A stretch of 64,000 bases of DNA, taken from positions 32,001-96,000 of the forward strand of contig JAZDKB010000009.1 in assembly GCA_043803405.1 (NCBI GenBank). The letters are read 5' to 3'. Under the pieces are notes generated by a model that worked only from the letters and a program-made list of their open reading frames with translations, had not been told where the DNA came from and made no database searches. Source of the DNA: Spirochaetota bacterium (GTDB lineage: Bacteria; Spirochaetota; UBA4802; JAFGDQ01). Positions 48,842 to 59,889 of this stretch are shown one piece after another (within the stretch, counting starts at the first letter, position 1; every line of letters begins with the position of its first letter). A program made the position numbers and the translations under genes.

Positions 48842-50790
48842 ATCGCGCTAACCTCCGATAATATCTGGTTATCCGTAAAATGCTGGAGCTGTATTGCCCC
48901 GCAAGGACATGTCGAAGTGCACACGCCGCATCCTGCGCATACGGTCTCTATAACCTTGGCGACTTTCTTGCCATTTCTTAAAGTATCTTCAACTATAGCC
49001 TGGAAAGGACATGTTTTAACGCATTTAAAACATCCCACGCATGCATTGATATTTACCTGTGATATAGCCGGATCCGATTCCAACATATCCTTAGAGAAAA
49101 GCGAAAGCACCTTGGCTGCAGCTGCACTACCCTGCCCTACAGATTGCGGAATATCCTTCGGCCCCTGGCATGCGCCAGCCAAATATACACCGGATGTATT
49201 TGTTTCAACCGGCCTTAGCTTCGGATGGCTCTCGACATAGAACCCGAACGTATCGTAAGAAATATGAAGCTTCTCAGCCATCTGTGCAGCGCCTTCTGCG
49301 GAAACTGCGGCTGTTGCCAACACAACGAGATCAGCTTCTATCTCCACCTGTGTGCCAAGCAGAGTATCTGCACCGCGCACTACCATCTTTTTCCCTTTCG
49401 GGTATATCCTGGAAACCCGGCCGCGTATATATTGCGCGCCGTATTCTTCCTGTGCCCTGCGTGTAAATTCATCATAGCCTTTGCCGGGCGAACGTATATC
49501 CATATAAAATACATAAGACTGCGAATCCGGAATATGATCCTTGGTAAGAATTGCCTGTTTTGCAATGTACATACAGCAGAAACCCGAACAGTAAGGCACG
49601 CCGATCGATTTATCCCTTGAACCCGCACATGATACAAAAACGATCGTTTTGGGCTCCGTATGGTCGGACGGCCTCACGATGTGGCCGGAAGTCGGGCCGG
49701 ATGCGTTCAGTAGTCTCTCATACTGAATACCGGAAATAACATCCGGGTAGCGGGTTCCGCCGTACTCAGTAAGAATATCCTGATTGAGTAATCCGTAACC
49801 TGTTGCCACTACAATTGCGCCGACATCTTCTGTTACTATCTCGTCCTGCATTTCATAATTGATCGCGCCTGTGGGGCACATTTTCGCGCACACACCGCAC
49901 TTGCCCTTTACAAACTGCCTGCAATATTTTGGGTCGATTTTTGCTTTTTTTGGAATAGCCTGCGGAAACGGAATATTGATGGCGCGGGTCGGTGCGACTC
50001 CAAAATTAAAATAATCGTAAGAATTCTTTGACGGACATTTTTCCATGCACAATCCGCAGCCCGTGCATTTTGTCCAGTCCACATAAGTTGCCTTTTTTCT
50101 GATCTTTATCTGATAATTACCAACATATCCTTTTATTTCTTCGATCTCGGAATACGCATAAAGTTTAATTTTTTCATGCTGACCCACATCTACCATCTTG
50201 GGGCCAAGTATACAGATGGAACAATCAACTGTCGGGAATGTTTTATCGAGACGCGCCATTATGCCGCCGACTGCAGGGCTTTTTTCCACAAGGACAACGT
50301 CAAGTCCTCCGTCAGCGCAATCAAGCGCTGACTGCATTCCCGCAACTCCTCCGCCTATAACAAGAACGCGTTTATTTATTTTGAAAGATGACGGAAAGAG
50401 TGGCTTGTTCTGCATAACTTTTGCAACAGCCATGCTGACAGCATCAATAGCTTTATTTGTATTTAGTTCTTTATCTGCCCCTATCCATGCTATATGTTCC
50501 CTGATATTTGCCATTTCCAGGAAATATTTGTTCAAACCAGCCTTCTGGATCGTCTTGCGGAAAGTGTTTTCGTGCATACGAGGCGAGCATGCTGCAACAA
50601 CAACCCTGTCAAGGTGCTCACGTTCAATAGCGGCTTTTATCTCATTCTGCCCGGGCTCAGAGCATGTATACATATAGTTTGTTGCGTAAGCAACACCAGG
50701 TATCTTCCTTACCTCGGCTGCTACCCTGGCGACATCGACTGTACCCGCGATGTTGCTACCGCAATGGCAAATAAAAACACCTACGCGCAT
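48829..50790 (-). CDS. hdrA: Heterodisulfide reductase subunit A
   Basis: GVFICHCGSNI, AACSPRMHE, GGGVAG, LDKTFPTVDCSIC, YCSGFCCMY, ferredoxin motifs. Confidence 0.95.
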   Translation of the reverse strand: MRVGVFICHCGSNIAGTVDVARVAAEVRKIPGVAYATNYMYTCSEPGQNEIKAAIEREHLDRVVVAACSPRMHENTFRKTIQKAGLNKYFLEMANIREHIAWIGADKELNTNKAIDAVSMAVAKVMQNKPLFPSSFKINKRVLVIGGGVAGMQSALDCADGGLDVVLVEKSPAVGGIMARLDKTFPTVDCSICILGPKMVDVGQHEKIKLYAYSEIEEIKGYVGNYQIKIRKKATYVDWTKCTGCGLCMEKCPSKNSYDYFNFGVAPTRAINIPFPQAIPKKAKIDPKYCRQFVKGKCGVCAKMCPTGAINYEMQDEIVTEDVGAIVVATGYGLLNQDILTEYGGTRYPDVISGIQYERLLNASGPTSGHIVRPSDHTEPKTIVFVSCAGSRDKSIGVPYCSGFCCMYIAKQAILTKDHIPDSQSYVFYMDIRSPGKGYDEFTRRAQEEYGAQYIRGRVSRIYPKGKKMVVRGADTLLGTQVEIEADLVVLATAAVSAEGAAQMAEKLHISYDTFGFYVESHPKLRPVETNTSGVYLAGACQGPKDIPQSVGQGSAAAAKVLSLFSKDMLESDPAISQVNINACVGCFKCVKTCPFQAIVEDTLRNGKKVAKVIETVCAGCGVCTSTCPCGAIQLQHFTDNQILSEVSAICQM

Positions 50791-50830
50791 TTAACCGGTC
50801 TCCTCTGTATATGCATTTTGTATCTCATAT

Positions 50831-51787
50831 TTATTCGCTTTCATTCGCTTTGGGATTTGCTTTCACTTTCTTTACCAAAGCATCATTTTCAACTTTTTTA
50901 TCGTACTCGCTTTTAGACAACCTGTTCTTTAAAAGCTTATCCGGGCTGACAATTACTTTATTTATTCCTAATTCCTTTGGAGAATATCCGTATGCAAGCC
51001 CGATGATCTGTGTAAAATAAAGTATAGGGATATCGAATTTTGAACCCATAAGCTTGTTGATCTGATCCTGCCGGAGATCCAGGTTCATCTGGCATACGGG
51101 ACATGCCACTACAATACAGTTCGCTCCTGCGTCGATTGCCATATCGAGCACTTTATATGAAAGCTCATTTACCATTTTTATTTTAGGCAGGCCGAATGCT
51201 GCTCCGCAGCATTCTGTTTTAAATGCAAAATCGCGGACTTCAACGCCGATCGCTGAAAGTACTTTATCCATCGCGATCGGGTTTTCGGGGTCATCAAACT
51301 TAGCAACTTCCGGCGGCCTGTTCAGAATGCATCCATAGTAAGGTGCGACCTTAAGATCGGGAAATACATATTTTACTTTAGAAGCAACTGCTTCCAGTCC
51401 AATATCTTCATAAATAATCTGTAAAGTGGATTTCGCTTCTATATTGCAGTTATATGGCTCATCAAGAAGTTCGTTAACTTCTTTTTTAAATTTCTCATCA
51501 GCCATTCTATGATTTGCTTCTTTAAATGATGATAAACATGACGGACATGGAGTCGTAATTAAAGGCATTTTCATTTTATCAACAAGTGTCAGGTTGCGCG
51601 CCGCTACAGCAGCTGCCAGTACATGATTTACGGTGTGCGCAGGAGTCGAACCGCAGCAGCTCCAGTCTTTCGGTTCAATAAGACCAACTCCGAGAGCTTT
51701 CATTACAACCTGTACAGATTGATCATATTCCTTTGCAGTGCCTTCGAGAGAGCAGCCGGAATAATATGCATATTCTTTTTCAGCCAT
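50831..51787 (-). CDS. hdrB: Heterodisulfide reductase subunit B
   Basis: Two CCG domains: YYSGC...WSCCG...CPSC; YYGC...ECCG...CPVCQMNLD. Confidence 0.95.
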   Translation of the reverse strand: MAEKEYAYYSGCSLEGTAKEYDQSVQVVMKALGVGLIEPKDWSCCGSTPAHTVNHVLAAAVAARNLTLVDKMKMPLITTPCPSCLSSFKEANHRMADEKFKKEVNELLDEPYNCNIEAKSTLQIIYEDIGLEAVASKVKYVFPDLKVAPYYGCILNRPPEVAKFDDPENPIAMDKVLSAIGVEVRDFAFKTECCGAAFGLPKIKMVNELSYKVLDMAIDAGANCIVVACPVCQMNLDLRQDQINKLMGSKFDIPILYFTQIIGLAYGYSPKELGINKVIVSPDKLLKNRLSKSEYDKKVENDALVKKVKANPKANESE

Positions 51788-51788
51788 T

Positions 51789-52358
51789 CTATTGTGCCTT
51801 TTGTTTTTCTCTTTGCTTGAACTTATTAATAATTCTGCCGACTTCCGCGCTTCCCTTTATTTTATGCGGGAAAAAACCGAGCTTCCCTTTGCTTAAAAAT
51901 TTAGGGCCAAGCTCCATATCATCAAAAAACCGTTTGGATTTTAATTTATAGCTTATTATTATTCCCAGTTCATAAATACGGCCGAACATTTTCATTGATT
52001 CCATAAAAGAATCGTAAAATGATTTAATCTCTTTTTCAGCTACTTTGTTTTCTCTTCTGGCAATGTGCCTTAAAACATCCATAATATGAGCTACATCGAT
52101 CTGGCAGGGACAACGCGTTGTGCATGTTTCGCATGTGGCGCAGAGCCATATCGCTTTTGAATTAAGGATTGTTTCTTTTTGGCCGGTTTGAAGCAGGCGC
52201 ATTATCATGCTTACAGGATAGTCAAAGTATTGGGTATATGGGCATCCAGCTGTGCAATTTCCGCACTGGTAACAAAGCGACGGATTATCGCCGCTCTCAT
52301 TTTTAAACTTTTCCACGAACGATCGATCGGTCTGTTTTGTCAGGTTGATAGAATCCAT
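51789..52358 (-). CDS. hdrC: Heterodisulfide reductase subunit C
   Basis: CYQCGNCTAGCP and WLCATCETCTTRCP. Confidence 0.93.
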   Translation of the reverse strand: MDSINLTKQTDRSFVEKFKNESGDNPSLCYQCGNCTAGCPYTQYFDYPVSMIMRLLQTGQKETILNSKAIWLCATCETCTTRCPCQIDVAHIMDVLRHIARRENKVAEKEIKSFYDSFMESMKMFGRIYELGIIISYKLKSKRFFDDMELGPKFLSKGKLGFFPHKIKGSAEVGRIINKFKQREKQKAQ

Positions 52359-52842
52359 CGGTTAGCACTAATCCGTAAAATTTTATTTAATTCTGTTATA
52401 TTATTTTTTATTAGAATAGGGACAAAGATAAATTCCTTAGATAAAAAATCAATAAAAAAATCTTGGAAAAAAATTTTAATGCAATTTACATAATAAAATC
52501 CATTGACTTTTTATAATTAACTCTGATATTCCCAGGAAATATGTCAATTATATATTTAACGTAATGTATGGGAACGCTCATATTCTATAAAAATATATTG
52601 AAGGAATAAAACCTTTACAAACCCCTTCAATACATACAGGGAAATATCCTACTTAATTACTTTATCCGGCCGGAAATTGATACCTCCATTTGGAATATTA
52701 TTTTATATGTTGTAATTTATAAATATTTGTATTATAATATTTTTTAATATTTAGAGAGATCTTAAAAATCAGATAATATAATATTAATTTGCCATCATGG
52801 TTAAGATTGAGTTAAACTCGTCAACTGAACTAAAATCAACCT

Positions 52843-55800
52843 ATGATATATATAGACTTAACATACAATTTAACTTTATTAATAACTTTAAGTACTATTT
52901 CAGGATTTATTGAGAATCGCTGGTCAAGAAATAGCCGTCCTGGAATCCTGTTACAAGGCTTGCTTTTCGGTGGAGCTGCTTTGCTGGGTATGTTATGGTC
53001 ATGGCATCTTACTCCCGGAATCTTTGTTGATGGCAGATCCGTTGTAATAAGCCTTTGCGCTCTGTTTTTCGGGCCTTTTGCGGCTGCGCTCTCATGTGCG
53101 ATTGCGATAATATACCGCATCTGGACTGGCGGTGCGGGGATGATTACTGGAATTTTTTTGATCCTTCTGTCAGGAATTATTGGCGCACTGACCCGTTTTT
53201 ACATTAAACCTGAAGTAAAATATATCTCATCAAAAAATCTCTATTTATTTGGTCTTATTGTGCACATTGCGACACTTGCCACTATGTTCACACTTCCCGG
53301 AGGAACAGGATCTGATGTTTTAGCACGTATTGGTCCTCCTGTTATTTTACTTTTTCCGCTGGCTACCGTACTTACAGGTAAAATTTTATACAAACATATT
53401 GAATCAAGAGATATAAGCAAGGCTTTGCATAATAGTGAGGAACGTTACCGTTTAATTGCTGAAAATATTTCTGACACAATAGGAGAATTTGATTTAGATC
53501 TTAATGCCAAATATATAAGTCCGTCCGTATTAAAACTGCGCGGTTATTCTGCTCAGGAGGTAATGACTCAAACACTGGATCAAATGCTAACCCCTGAATC
53601 TGCGCAAAAAGTCAGGAAAAAATTATTGGAACAGTTGGCTATGGAGAACGCCGGAAATGCAGAACAGTCCGGAAACGTTATTCTTGAGCTTGAAGAATAT
53701 TGTAAGGATGGTTCAACAATTTGGGTTGAATTATCTGCATTATTTTTAAGAGATACAAATAAAAAACCTACAGGTATTCTATCGGTTACAAGGGATATAA
53801 CTGCCCGTAAACGTGCAGCGGAGAAAATAATTGAATCCGAAGCTAAATACCGTACAGTAGTGGAGAGTTCTCTTGTTGGCGTTTATATTATCCAGGATAA
53901 TCTTCTGCGTTTTGTGAATAAGCGATGGTGTATAATTTACGGATATTCCACGGAGGAAATTATCAATAAAATCAGTCCTCTGGATCTGACTCCACCAGAA
54001 GAAAAAAATAAAGTAGCGGAAAACATAAAAAAACGGTTAAGCGGCGAAATTGACAGTATTGAATATGAGACAAAGGCAATCAGGAAAGACGGCAGAATCA
54101 TAAACATACGGGTAATGGGCAGCGTAGTGCTCTATAATGGCAGACCTGCTATTTCAGGGACAGTTATAAACATTACGGAGCGCAAACAGGCAGAGGAAAA
54201 TTTAAAAGAAAGCGAACGCCGTTTCGCGACACTTATCAATAATCTGCCCGGGCTCGTTTATCGTTGCAAAAATGATCTCAACTGGACTATGGAATATCTA
54301 AGTGATAGATGTGAAGAACTTACCGGATATCTGCCGGAGGATCTACTAAATAACACGGTACTGTCGTATAATGACCTGATCCATCCTGAAGATCGTAAGC
54401 AGGTATATGATTCGGTTCAAAACCATATAAATATAAAACAATCCTATCAAATGACCTATCGGATAAAAACAGCTCAGGAAACTGTAAAATGGGTCTGGGA
54501 AAAAGGCACAGGTGTTTTCAATGAGACAGGCGAGCTGATGGCATTGGAAGGTTTTATCGCCGATATTTCGGAACGTAAGCAAGCACAAGAGGCACTTGTT
54601 GAATCCGAAGGTAAATACAGGATTTTAGTAGAAAGCGTTCTTGTCGGAGTTTATGTTATTCAGGACAATCTCTTCCGATTTGTAAATAAACGATTCTGCG
54701 AGATATATGGGTATTCCTATGATGAAATTGTGGATAAATTGAGTCCCGTTGATATTACTTATGCCAATGATACAGGAATAGTAACCGAAAACCTTAGAAA
54801 ACGGATTAGCGGAGAAATTGATAGCATAAGCTATACAATAAGGGGTGTCAGAAAGGATGGAGAGATCAGGATGATTGAAATATTTGGCGGTGTATCGACA
54901 TATAACGGGCGAAGGGCAATTTTAGGGACAATAATAGATGTAACTGAAAGGAAACACGCTGAAGAAGCATTAAAAGAAAAAGAAGAATTTTTATCATCAA
55001 TTGTTGAAAATATCCCGGATATGATTTTTATTAAAGATGCCAGGGAACTGAGGTTTATTCGCTTTAATAAAGCAGGAGAAAATCTTCTGGGATACAAGAG
55101 AGAAGAATTGATCGGCAGGAATGATTATGATTTTTTTCCTGCTGACCAGGCTGATTTTTTTACAAAAAAAGATATGGAAGTATTAAAGAGCGGACAATTG
55201 TATGATATACCTGAGGAGCCCATTGATACTAAATCCGGGAAAAAGATTCTTCATACACAAAAAATCCCTATCCCTGATAAAAACGGAAATCCGGCATATC
55301 TCCTTGGAATATCGGAAGATATAACAGATCGCAAACAGTCAGAGAAGGAGCAGGAGAGACTGCAATCTCAGCTGTTACAGGCACAAAAAATGGAGTCCAT
55401 CGGCCGTCTTGCAGGCGGTGTAGCCCATGATTTCAACAACATGCTTTCGGTTATCACGGGGTATACAGAGCTTATTACCAGTGAAATCGATCCATCCCAA
55501 CCGATTTTCGGCAGGCTTCAGGAAATCCGGAAAGCTGCTCAGCGGTCAGCCGAACTGACTAGACAGCTGCTGGCATTTGCACGCAAGCAAACTATATCAC
55601 CAAGAATACTTAATATAAATGAAACTATTGAGAACATACTAAAAATACTGAGACGCTTAATAGGAGAGGATATCGATCTTGTCTGGATTCCGGGGATACA
55701 CGTACGACCGATTAAAATAGATCCGGCTCAGATAGACCAAATCCTGACGAACCTGTGTATAAATGCAAGAGATGCTATCGCTGGCGTCGGTAAGGTTACT

Positions 55801-56508
55801 ATTGCAACGCAACCGATATCAATTAATGAACTATTCTGCGACACCCATCCGGACTTTTCTCCGGGCGAATTTATCCTGCTGACAGTCAGTGACAACGGAC
55901 GCGGCATGGAAAAAGATATTCTGGATAAATTGTTTGAGCCATTCTTTACAACTAAAGATCGCGGCAAGGGTACCGGTCTTGGGCTGGCAACAGTTTATGG
56001 CATAGTAAAACAGAATAACGGACTTATCAATGTATATAGTGAGCCCGGGCATGGTACAATCTTTAAAATTTATTTACCCTGCATCAAGGAAGATATAGAA
56101 ATACTCAGAGAAGAACTGGTATCACAAATACCGCATGGTAATGAGACACTCCTTCTTGTGGAGGACGAGCCTCTTACGCTAAAAATGACCAGGGAGATGC
56201 TGGAAAGCCTAGGATATCAAGTGCTGGCTGCGCGCAACCCTGGCGACGCCATTAAGATCGCCACTGAGTATTCCAGTAAAATCCAGCTTCTTGTAACCGA
56301 TGTGATAATGCCCGACATGAACGGAAAGGACCTGAAGATAAAACTGTCTCTAATTTGTCCGAAGCTGAAATGTTTATTTACATCCGGCTATACAAGCGAT
56401 ATAATCGCTCACCAAGGCGTTCTGGACGATGGTGTCAATTTTATTCAAAAGCCTTTTTCAATTCATGATATAGCTGCTAAAATACGTGAAATTCTGGATA
56501 AGGACTAA
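52843..56508 (+). CDS. Hybrid histidine kinase: 5TM-LytS-type input, multiple PAS, HisKA, HATPase, REC
   Basis: PGIFVDGR...FFGP membrane domain; [28 protein letters not shown]-terminal LLVEDE...TDVIMP...QKPF. Confidence 0.95.
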   Translation: MIYIDLTYNLTLLITLSTISGFIENRWSRNSRPGILLQGLLFGGAALLGMLWSWHLTPGIFVDGRSVVISLCALFFGPFAAALSCAIAIIYRIWTGGAGMITGIFLILLSGIIGALTRFYIKPEVKYISSKNLYLFGLIVHIATLATMFTLPGGTGSDVLARIGPPVILLFPLATVLTGKILYKHIESRDISKALHNSEERYRLIAENISDTIGEFDLDLNAKYISPSVLKLRGYSAQEVMTQTLDQMLTPESAQKVRKKLLEQLAMENAGNAEQSGNVILELEEYCKDGSTIWVELSALFLRDTNKKPTGILSVTRDITARKRAAEKIIESEAKYRTVVESSLVGVYIIQDNLLRFVNKRWCIIYGYSTEEIINKISPLDLTPPEEKNKVAENIKKRLSGEIDSIEYETKAIRKDGRIINIRVMGSVVLYNGRPAISGTVINITERKQAEENLKESERRFATLINNLPGLVYRCKNDLNWTMEYLSDRCEELTGYLPEDLLNNTVLSYNDLIHPEDRKQVYDSVQNHINIKQSYQMTYRIKTAQETVKWVWEKGTGVFNETGELMALEGFIADISERKQAQEALVESEGKYRILVESVLVGVYVIQDNLFRFVNKRFCEIYGYSYDEIVDKLSPVDITYANDTGIVTENLRKRISGEIDSISYTIRGVRKDGEIRMIEIFGGVSTYNGRRAILGTIIDVTERKHAEEALKEKEEFLSSIVENIPDMIFIKDARELRFIRFNKAGENLLGYKREELIGRNDYDFFPADQADFFTKKDMEVLKSGQLYDIPEEPIDTKSGKKILHTQKIPIPDKNGNPAYLLGISEDITDRKQSEKEQERLQSQLLQAQKMESIGRLAGGVAHDFNNMLSVITGYTELITSEIDPSQPIFGRLQEIRKAAQRSAELTRQLLAFARKQTISPRILNINETIENILKILRRLIGEDIDLVWIPGIHVRPIKIDPAQIDQILTNLCINARDAIAGVGKVTIATQPISINELFCDTHPDFSPGEFILLTVSDNGRGMEKDILDKLFEPFFTTKDRGKGTGLGLATVYGIVKQNNGLINVYSEPGHGTIFKIYLPCIKEDIEILREELVSQIPHGNETLLLVEDEPLTLKMTREMLESLGYQVLAARNPGDAIKIATEYSSKIQLLVTDVIMPDMNGKDLKIKLSLICPKLKCLFTSGYTSDIIAHQGVLDDGVNFIQKPFSIHDIAAKIREILDKD

Positions 56509-56649
56509 GAATGCATCCAAATACCAAATATTAAATCGTATTAAACAACAATAAAAGAAGTCTTAATAGGTTTCAAGACACACTCAAAGTGGAAATAGAT
56601 AATTACATATTCTCTAGAACAATAAAATAATTTCCCTAATCCTAAATCA

Positions 56650-56678
56650 TTGACTTTTTAAAAGAGATAAGATATAAT
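56650..56678 (+). promoter_or_regulatory. Sigma70-type promoter
   Basis: TTGACT-17bp-TATAAT. Confidence 0.65.
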
Positions 56679-56715
56679 ACGACTCAAATATTGAATTTAA
56701 CGAATTAATATAACC

Positions 56716-56796
56716 TGTCATTCCGGACTAATATGAAAATCTGGTGTTTATTCCGAACAATGGATTTATCATGAAGAATTGTACTTTCGGAATGAT
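56716..56796. repeat. Degenerate TGTCATTCCG...CGGAATGA palindromic element
   Basis: Ends resemble 4550-4632; flank CAACCGTTAATAACTATA resembles CAATCGTTAAATACTATA near 4650. Confidence 0.5.
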
Positions 56797-56887
56797 TAAT
56801 CAACCGTTAATAACTATATTTATTATTTAAAATAAATAAATCAGCATAACAAGATACAGTTTTATAAAAAATTATTATTCAACTTTC

Positions 56888-57472
56888 ATGGAGGGAATTA
56901 TGGTAATGCGCAATAAAATATTTATTTTTGTTTTAATATGCCTTCTTTCTTTTTTCAGTTGCTCCACAAAAAGATCGATCAGGTTTTCAAGGGCTTATAT
57001 TTCCACAAATTCCAGCCTTGCGGTAATAATCGACTGCCCTAATAATGCCAAGAACGTAGTGCTCAGTGAATTCATGAAAAAGAAATTCAAGATCAAGGCT
57101 ATCAATGCATCCGACCTTTATACTTTAAACGACGTATTCGATATTAAAGATTTCAAATCTGTTTCGTATAAATCTTCATTAAAAGATGTTTCGGCGCTTA
57201 TGGCGATGGAAAAGACATACGACAACCTTTACAAGCTGCACGTTTATAACTTTGAAGTAAACAAAGCCGAAATTTTGAAAGAAATGAAAAACAAATGGGA
57301 TGTAAATTATCTTATTATTCTTGACCTGAAGGACTGGCAGAACGTGAGCTGGGGAAGAGCGATTGATTTAAACAGCTACGAGCTGGTATGGATCGAGAAT
57401 TATCCTACCAAATACAGCGACAATGTTGAAAGCATAGTAAATCATTTCATAAACAGCATTACAGGATCATAG
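56888..57472 (+). CDS. Hypothetical lipoprotein
   Basis: Hydrophobic signal ending FFSC; true start possibly a downstream ATG (MRNKIF). Confidence 0.75.
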   Translation: MEGIMVMRNKIFIFVLICLLSFFSCSTKRSIRFSRAYISTNSSLAVIIDCPNNAKNVVLSEFMKKKFKIKAINASDLYTLNDVFDIKDFKSVSYKSSLKDVSALMAMEKTYDNLYKLHVYNFEVNKAEILKEMKNKWDVNYLIILDLKDWQNVSWGRAIDLNSYELVWIENYPTKYSDNVESIVNHFINSITGS

Positions 57473-57479
57473 ATTATAA

Positions 57480-58562
57480 ATGAAGATTTTAAAACTATTA
57501 CTTTTTCTTATTATTATTTTACCGGTATTTAAAGGCGCTTTAGATGCGAAACCGACGATCGCCTTTGGATACATGTACAACATAAGAAATGAACGCGAAC
57601 TGAATTATCTCGAATTTATTTTTCCTAACTCTTTTGCAAATTCAGTCGGGGCCAACTTCGATGTAAATATAAAAAAACCGCTTGAACTCGAAAGCGAATT
57701 AACCGCAAAAAATAAATCGTTAAAAAAAAATTACGAATATTATGAGCTGCCGGAATTAATTAATGAGATTAAATCTGATATTTTTATTTTTGGAAATTTT
57801 ATTTCCGCCCCGGATAATAAGATTAAAATCGTTCTCAATATATACATAAAAGGCCGGGGAGAAATATTCACTTTTACAAATACCGGAAGAATGGAAACCC
57901 AGGTCACAAAAATAGTCGACAGGATCAGCATCATTATTATTAACTTTATGGGCCAGCACAATCTGTATAAGGTCGCGAAAATAACACCAGGTACTAAGCT
58001 TGCGGTGCTGACAAATCTTGAAGGCGAGGAGCAAAACTATGTTCTGGCTGCCTTAATGCAAAAAGGCTATCGTATTTCATGTTTTCAGAATAACGAAATT
58101 CATAATATTGTCGATGATTTCTCAATAGATAAGTTCAGTTATATCACCAGTATGAAGAACTCCTACGAAATTATTTCCGACTGGAGAAAATCAGAATTTT
58201 ATCATGGTACCTGGACCGGAGAAAAATATTATAATTCCATTAATGATATTAAAGACCAGTATAATAAATATGATTTGAATTATGAAACCAGTAAAAACAA
58301 TGCCCTTGATAAAATAAGTTATGCTTTTAACGAGAATATCGACACAATTCTGATAATAGGTTTTTCCGGCAATAGAAAATCCTCGTGGGTGCGCGCGATA
58401 AGTATGAAGGAAAAAGAACTGATATGGATACAGTCAAACATAAAAAGCGACTTTTTAAGCTTTGATCCGTTAGCCGGCAATGTAAATAAAATAATTGAAT
58501 GGATGACCGCGGAGCCTCAAGATCCTTTCAGGAAGTTTGAGAAGCCTGCCGGCGGGAAATAA
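57480..58562 (+). CDS. Exported hypothetical protein; C-terminal half paralogous to the upstream lipoprotein
   Basis: Signal peptide; shared motifs with the 56888 protein (see findings). Confidence 0.75.
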   Translation: MKILKLLLFLIIILPVFKGALDAKPTIAFGYMYNIRNERELNYLEFIFPNSFANSVGANFDVNIKKPLELESELTAKNKSLKKNYEYYELPELINEIKSDIFIFGNFISAPDNKIKIVLNIYIKGRGEIFTFTNTGRMETQVTKIVDRISIIIINFMGQHNLYKVAKITPGTKLAVLTNLEGEEQNYVLAALMQKGYRISCFQNNEIHNIVDDFSIDKFSYITSMKNSYEIISDWRKSEFYHGTWTGEKYYNSINDIKDQYNKYDLNYETSKNNALDKISYAFNENIDTILIIGFSGNRKSSWVRAISMKEKELIWIQSNIKSDFLSFDPLAGNVNKIIEWMTAEPQDPFRKFEKPAGGK

Positions 58563-58571
58563 ATTATTTTT

Positions 58572-59207
58572 TTAAACCCACAGGCTTAACGGCGGGTAAT
58601 TTATGAGCGCATAAAGAATGTCGCTTCTGGTAATAATGCCTGTAAGTTCCCCCGAAGGTTCTTCGATAATTGGCATTGCCCCAATATGATTTTCAAACAT
58701 GGCTTTTGCTATCCTGCGTATATCCGTAAGCCTGCCCGACGTTATAACTTTCCTGGTCATTTTTTCCATTACAGTTTTCCTGGCGATATCGCTTTCATCG
58801 CAGTCAATAACGCACAGGCACCTTAGAATGTCCCTGTCCGATAATATACCTATTATTTTCTTTTCTTTTGAGAGTACAGGCATATGCCCAACGCCCTTCG
58901 CTTTAAAAAATTTCCATGCCTCTTCAATGGTCATTTCAGGATCGAGTGTTAATACAGGAGATTTCATTATTGTATACGCGTGCAGAATCGGTTCGCGGTC
59001 ACTGGTGATTTTAATCGCTTCTTTATAAGCTTTTACTGCGTGTGACAAGTTATCATGGCTGCCATGCTTTTCCTGCTGATCTGCCTTTCCGTCGATAATC
59101 TTCCTTGCAGTATTTGTCTTCTCTAATCCATAAACTTTCTCACGTATTCTGAGATCTTCAAGCGGAATATTATATTGAATGCCGTCAAGGCCCTGTATAT
59201 GGAACAA
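58572..59207 (-). CDS. CBS domain pair protein
   Basis: IMKSPVLTL...HMPV...GILSDRDI; MTRKVIT...AMPII...GIITRSDI; TTG at 59207 has TAAGGAG RBS. Confidence 0.88.
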   Translation of the reverse strand: MFHIQGLDGIQYNIPLEDLRIREKVYGLEKTNTARKIIDGKADQQEKHGSHDNLSHAVKAYKEAIKITSDREPILHAYTIMKSPVLTLDPEMTIEEAWKFFKAKGVGHMPVLSKEKKIIGILSDRDILRCLCVIDCDESDIARKTVMEKMTRKVITSGRLTDIRRIAKAMFENHIGAMPIIEEPSGELTGIITRSDILYALINYPPLSLWV

Positions 59208-59237
59208 TGGATACTCCTTAGCAAATATTATGACCTT

Positions 59238-59326
59238 ATAAATAAGAGCGCGCCCCAAAACCTAATCCAATCATATAGTCTTGGATCATAGTTTATAAAT
59301 AGGTTTTGGGACGCGCTCTTATTTAT
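59238..59326. mobile_element. MITE-like element with 27-bp terminal inverted repeats
   Basis: ATAAATAAGAGCGCGCCCCAAAACCTA ... TAGGTTTTGGGACGCGCTCTTATTTAT (one mismatch). Confidence 0.55.
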
Positions 59327-59364
59327 TTTATATTAGACCGTCTGTCTCTTCAAGACCAGAGGTT

Positions 59365-59607
59365 TTATTTACTGCATTTCTTATAGCATTCATCTTTTGC
59401 AACTTTACATGCTTCGATTTTTGCGGTCTTCTTAGCTTCGTCTTTATCCTTTTTAAAATCCTTTTCAGCAGAATCTTTACATTTGTTATAAGTAGTATCA
59501 CAGCCTGCTTCGCATGCCTTTTTCTTTGGATTCATATCATAACCATAACCATATATGGCTACTGACAATGCAATTACAGCCGATAAAGCAATAATCGTTT
59601 TTTTCAT
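59365..59607 (-). CDS. Small secreted Cys-rich protein
   Basis: Signal peptide; CEAGCDTTYNKC...CKVAKDECYKKC (six Cys). Confidence 0.75.
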   Translation of the reverse strand: MKKTIIALSAVIALSVAIYGYGYDMNPKKKACEAGCDTTYNKCKDSAEKDFKKDKDEAKKTAKIEACKVAKDECYKKCSK

Positions 59608-59889
59608 AATCTTCTCCACGACATTTTTTATTTTAAAAATAATTAACTTTTAATTCGCAAAATATTAAAGTAATTTTACTGATATGTCAAGAAGTTATCA
59701 CTTAGAACTTATTATACTTGTATATGCACTCAGAGTTCATATACAAGTTATACATCTGCTACTAATTTCTTTAAAACCCTTGACATTATCATTGTAAATT
59801 CAATATCTTGAAATAGTAACTTTGATGTCCAGCTGATTTCAGCAGTCAAATTACATTAATATTAGCAAGAATAACTTAAGGAGCATCAC

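Noticed and set aside
48410..50790. Possible selenocysteine recoding in hdrA/flxD
   Set aside because: Both ORFs are full length with Cys at the motif positions; no in-frame TGA needed
59770..59889. T-box or riboswitch leader before gltX
   Set aside because: Leader short, no T-box consensus or terminator/antiterminator; only a weak hairpin
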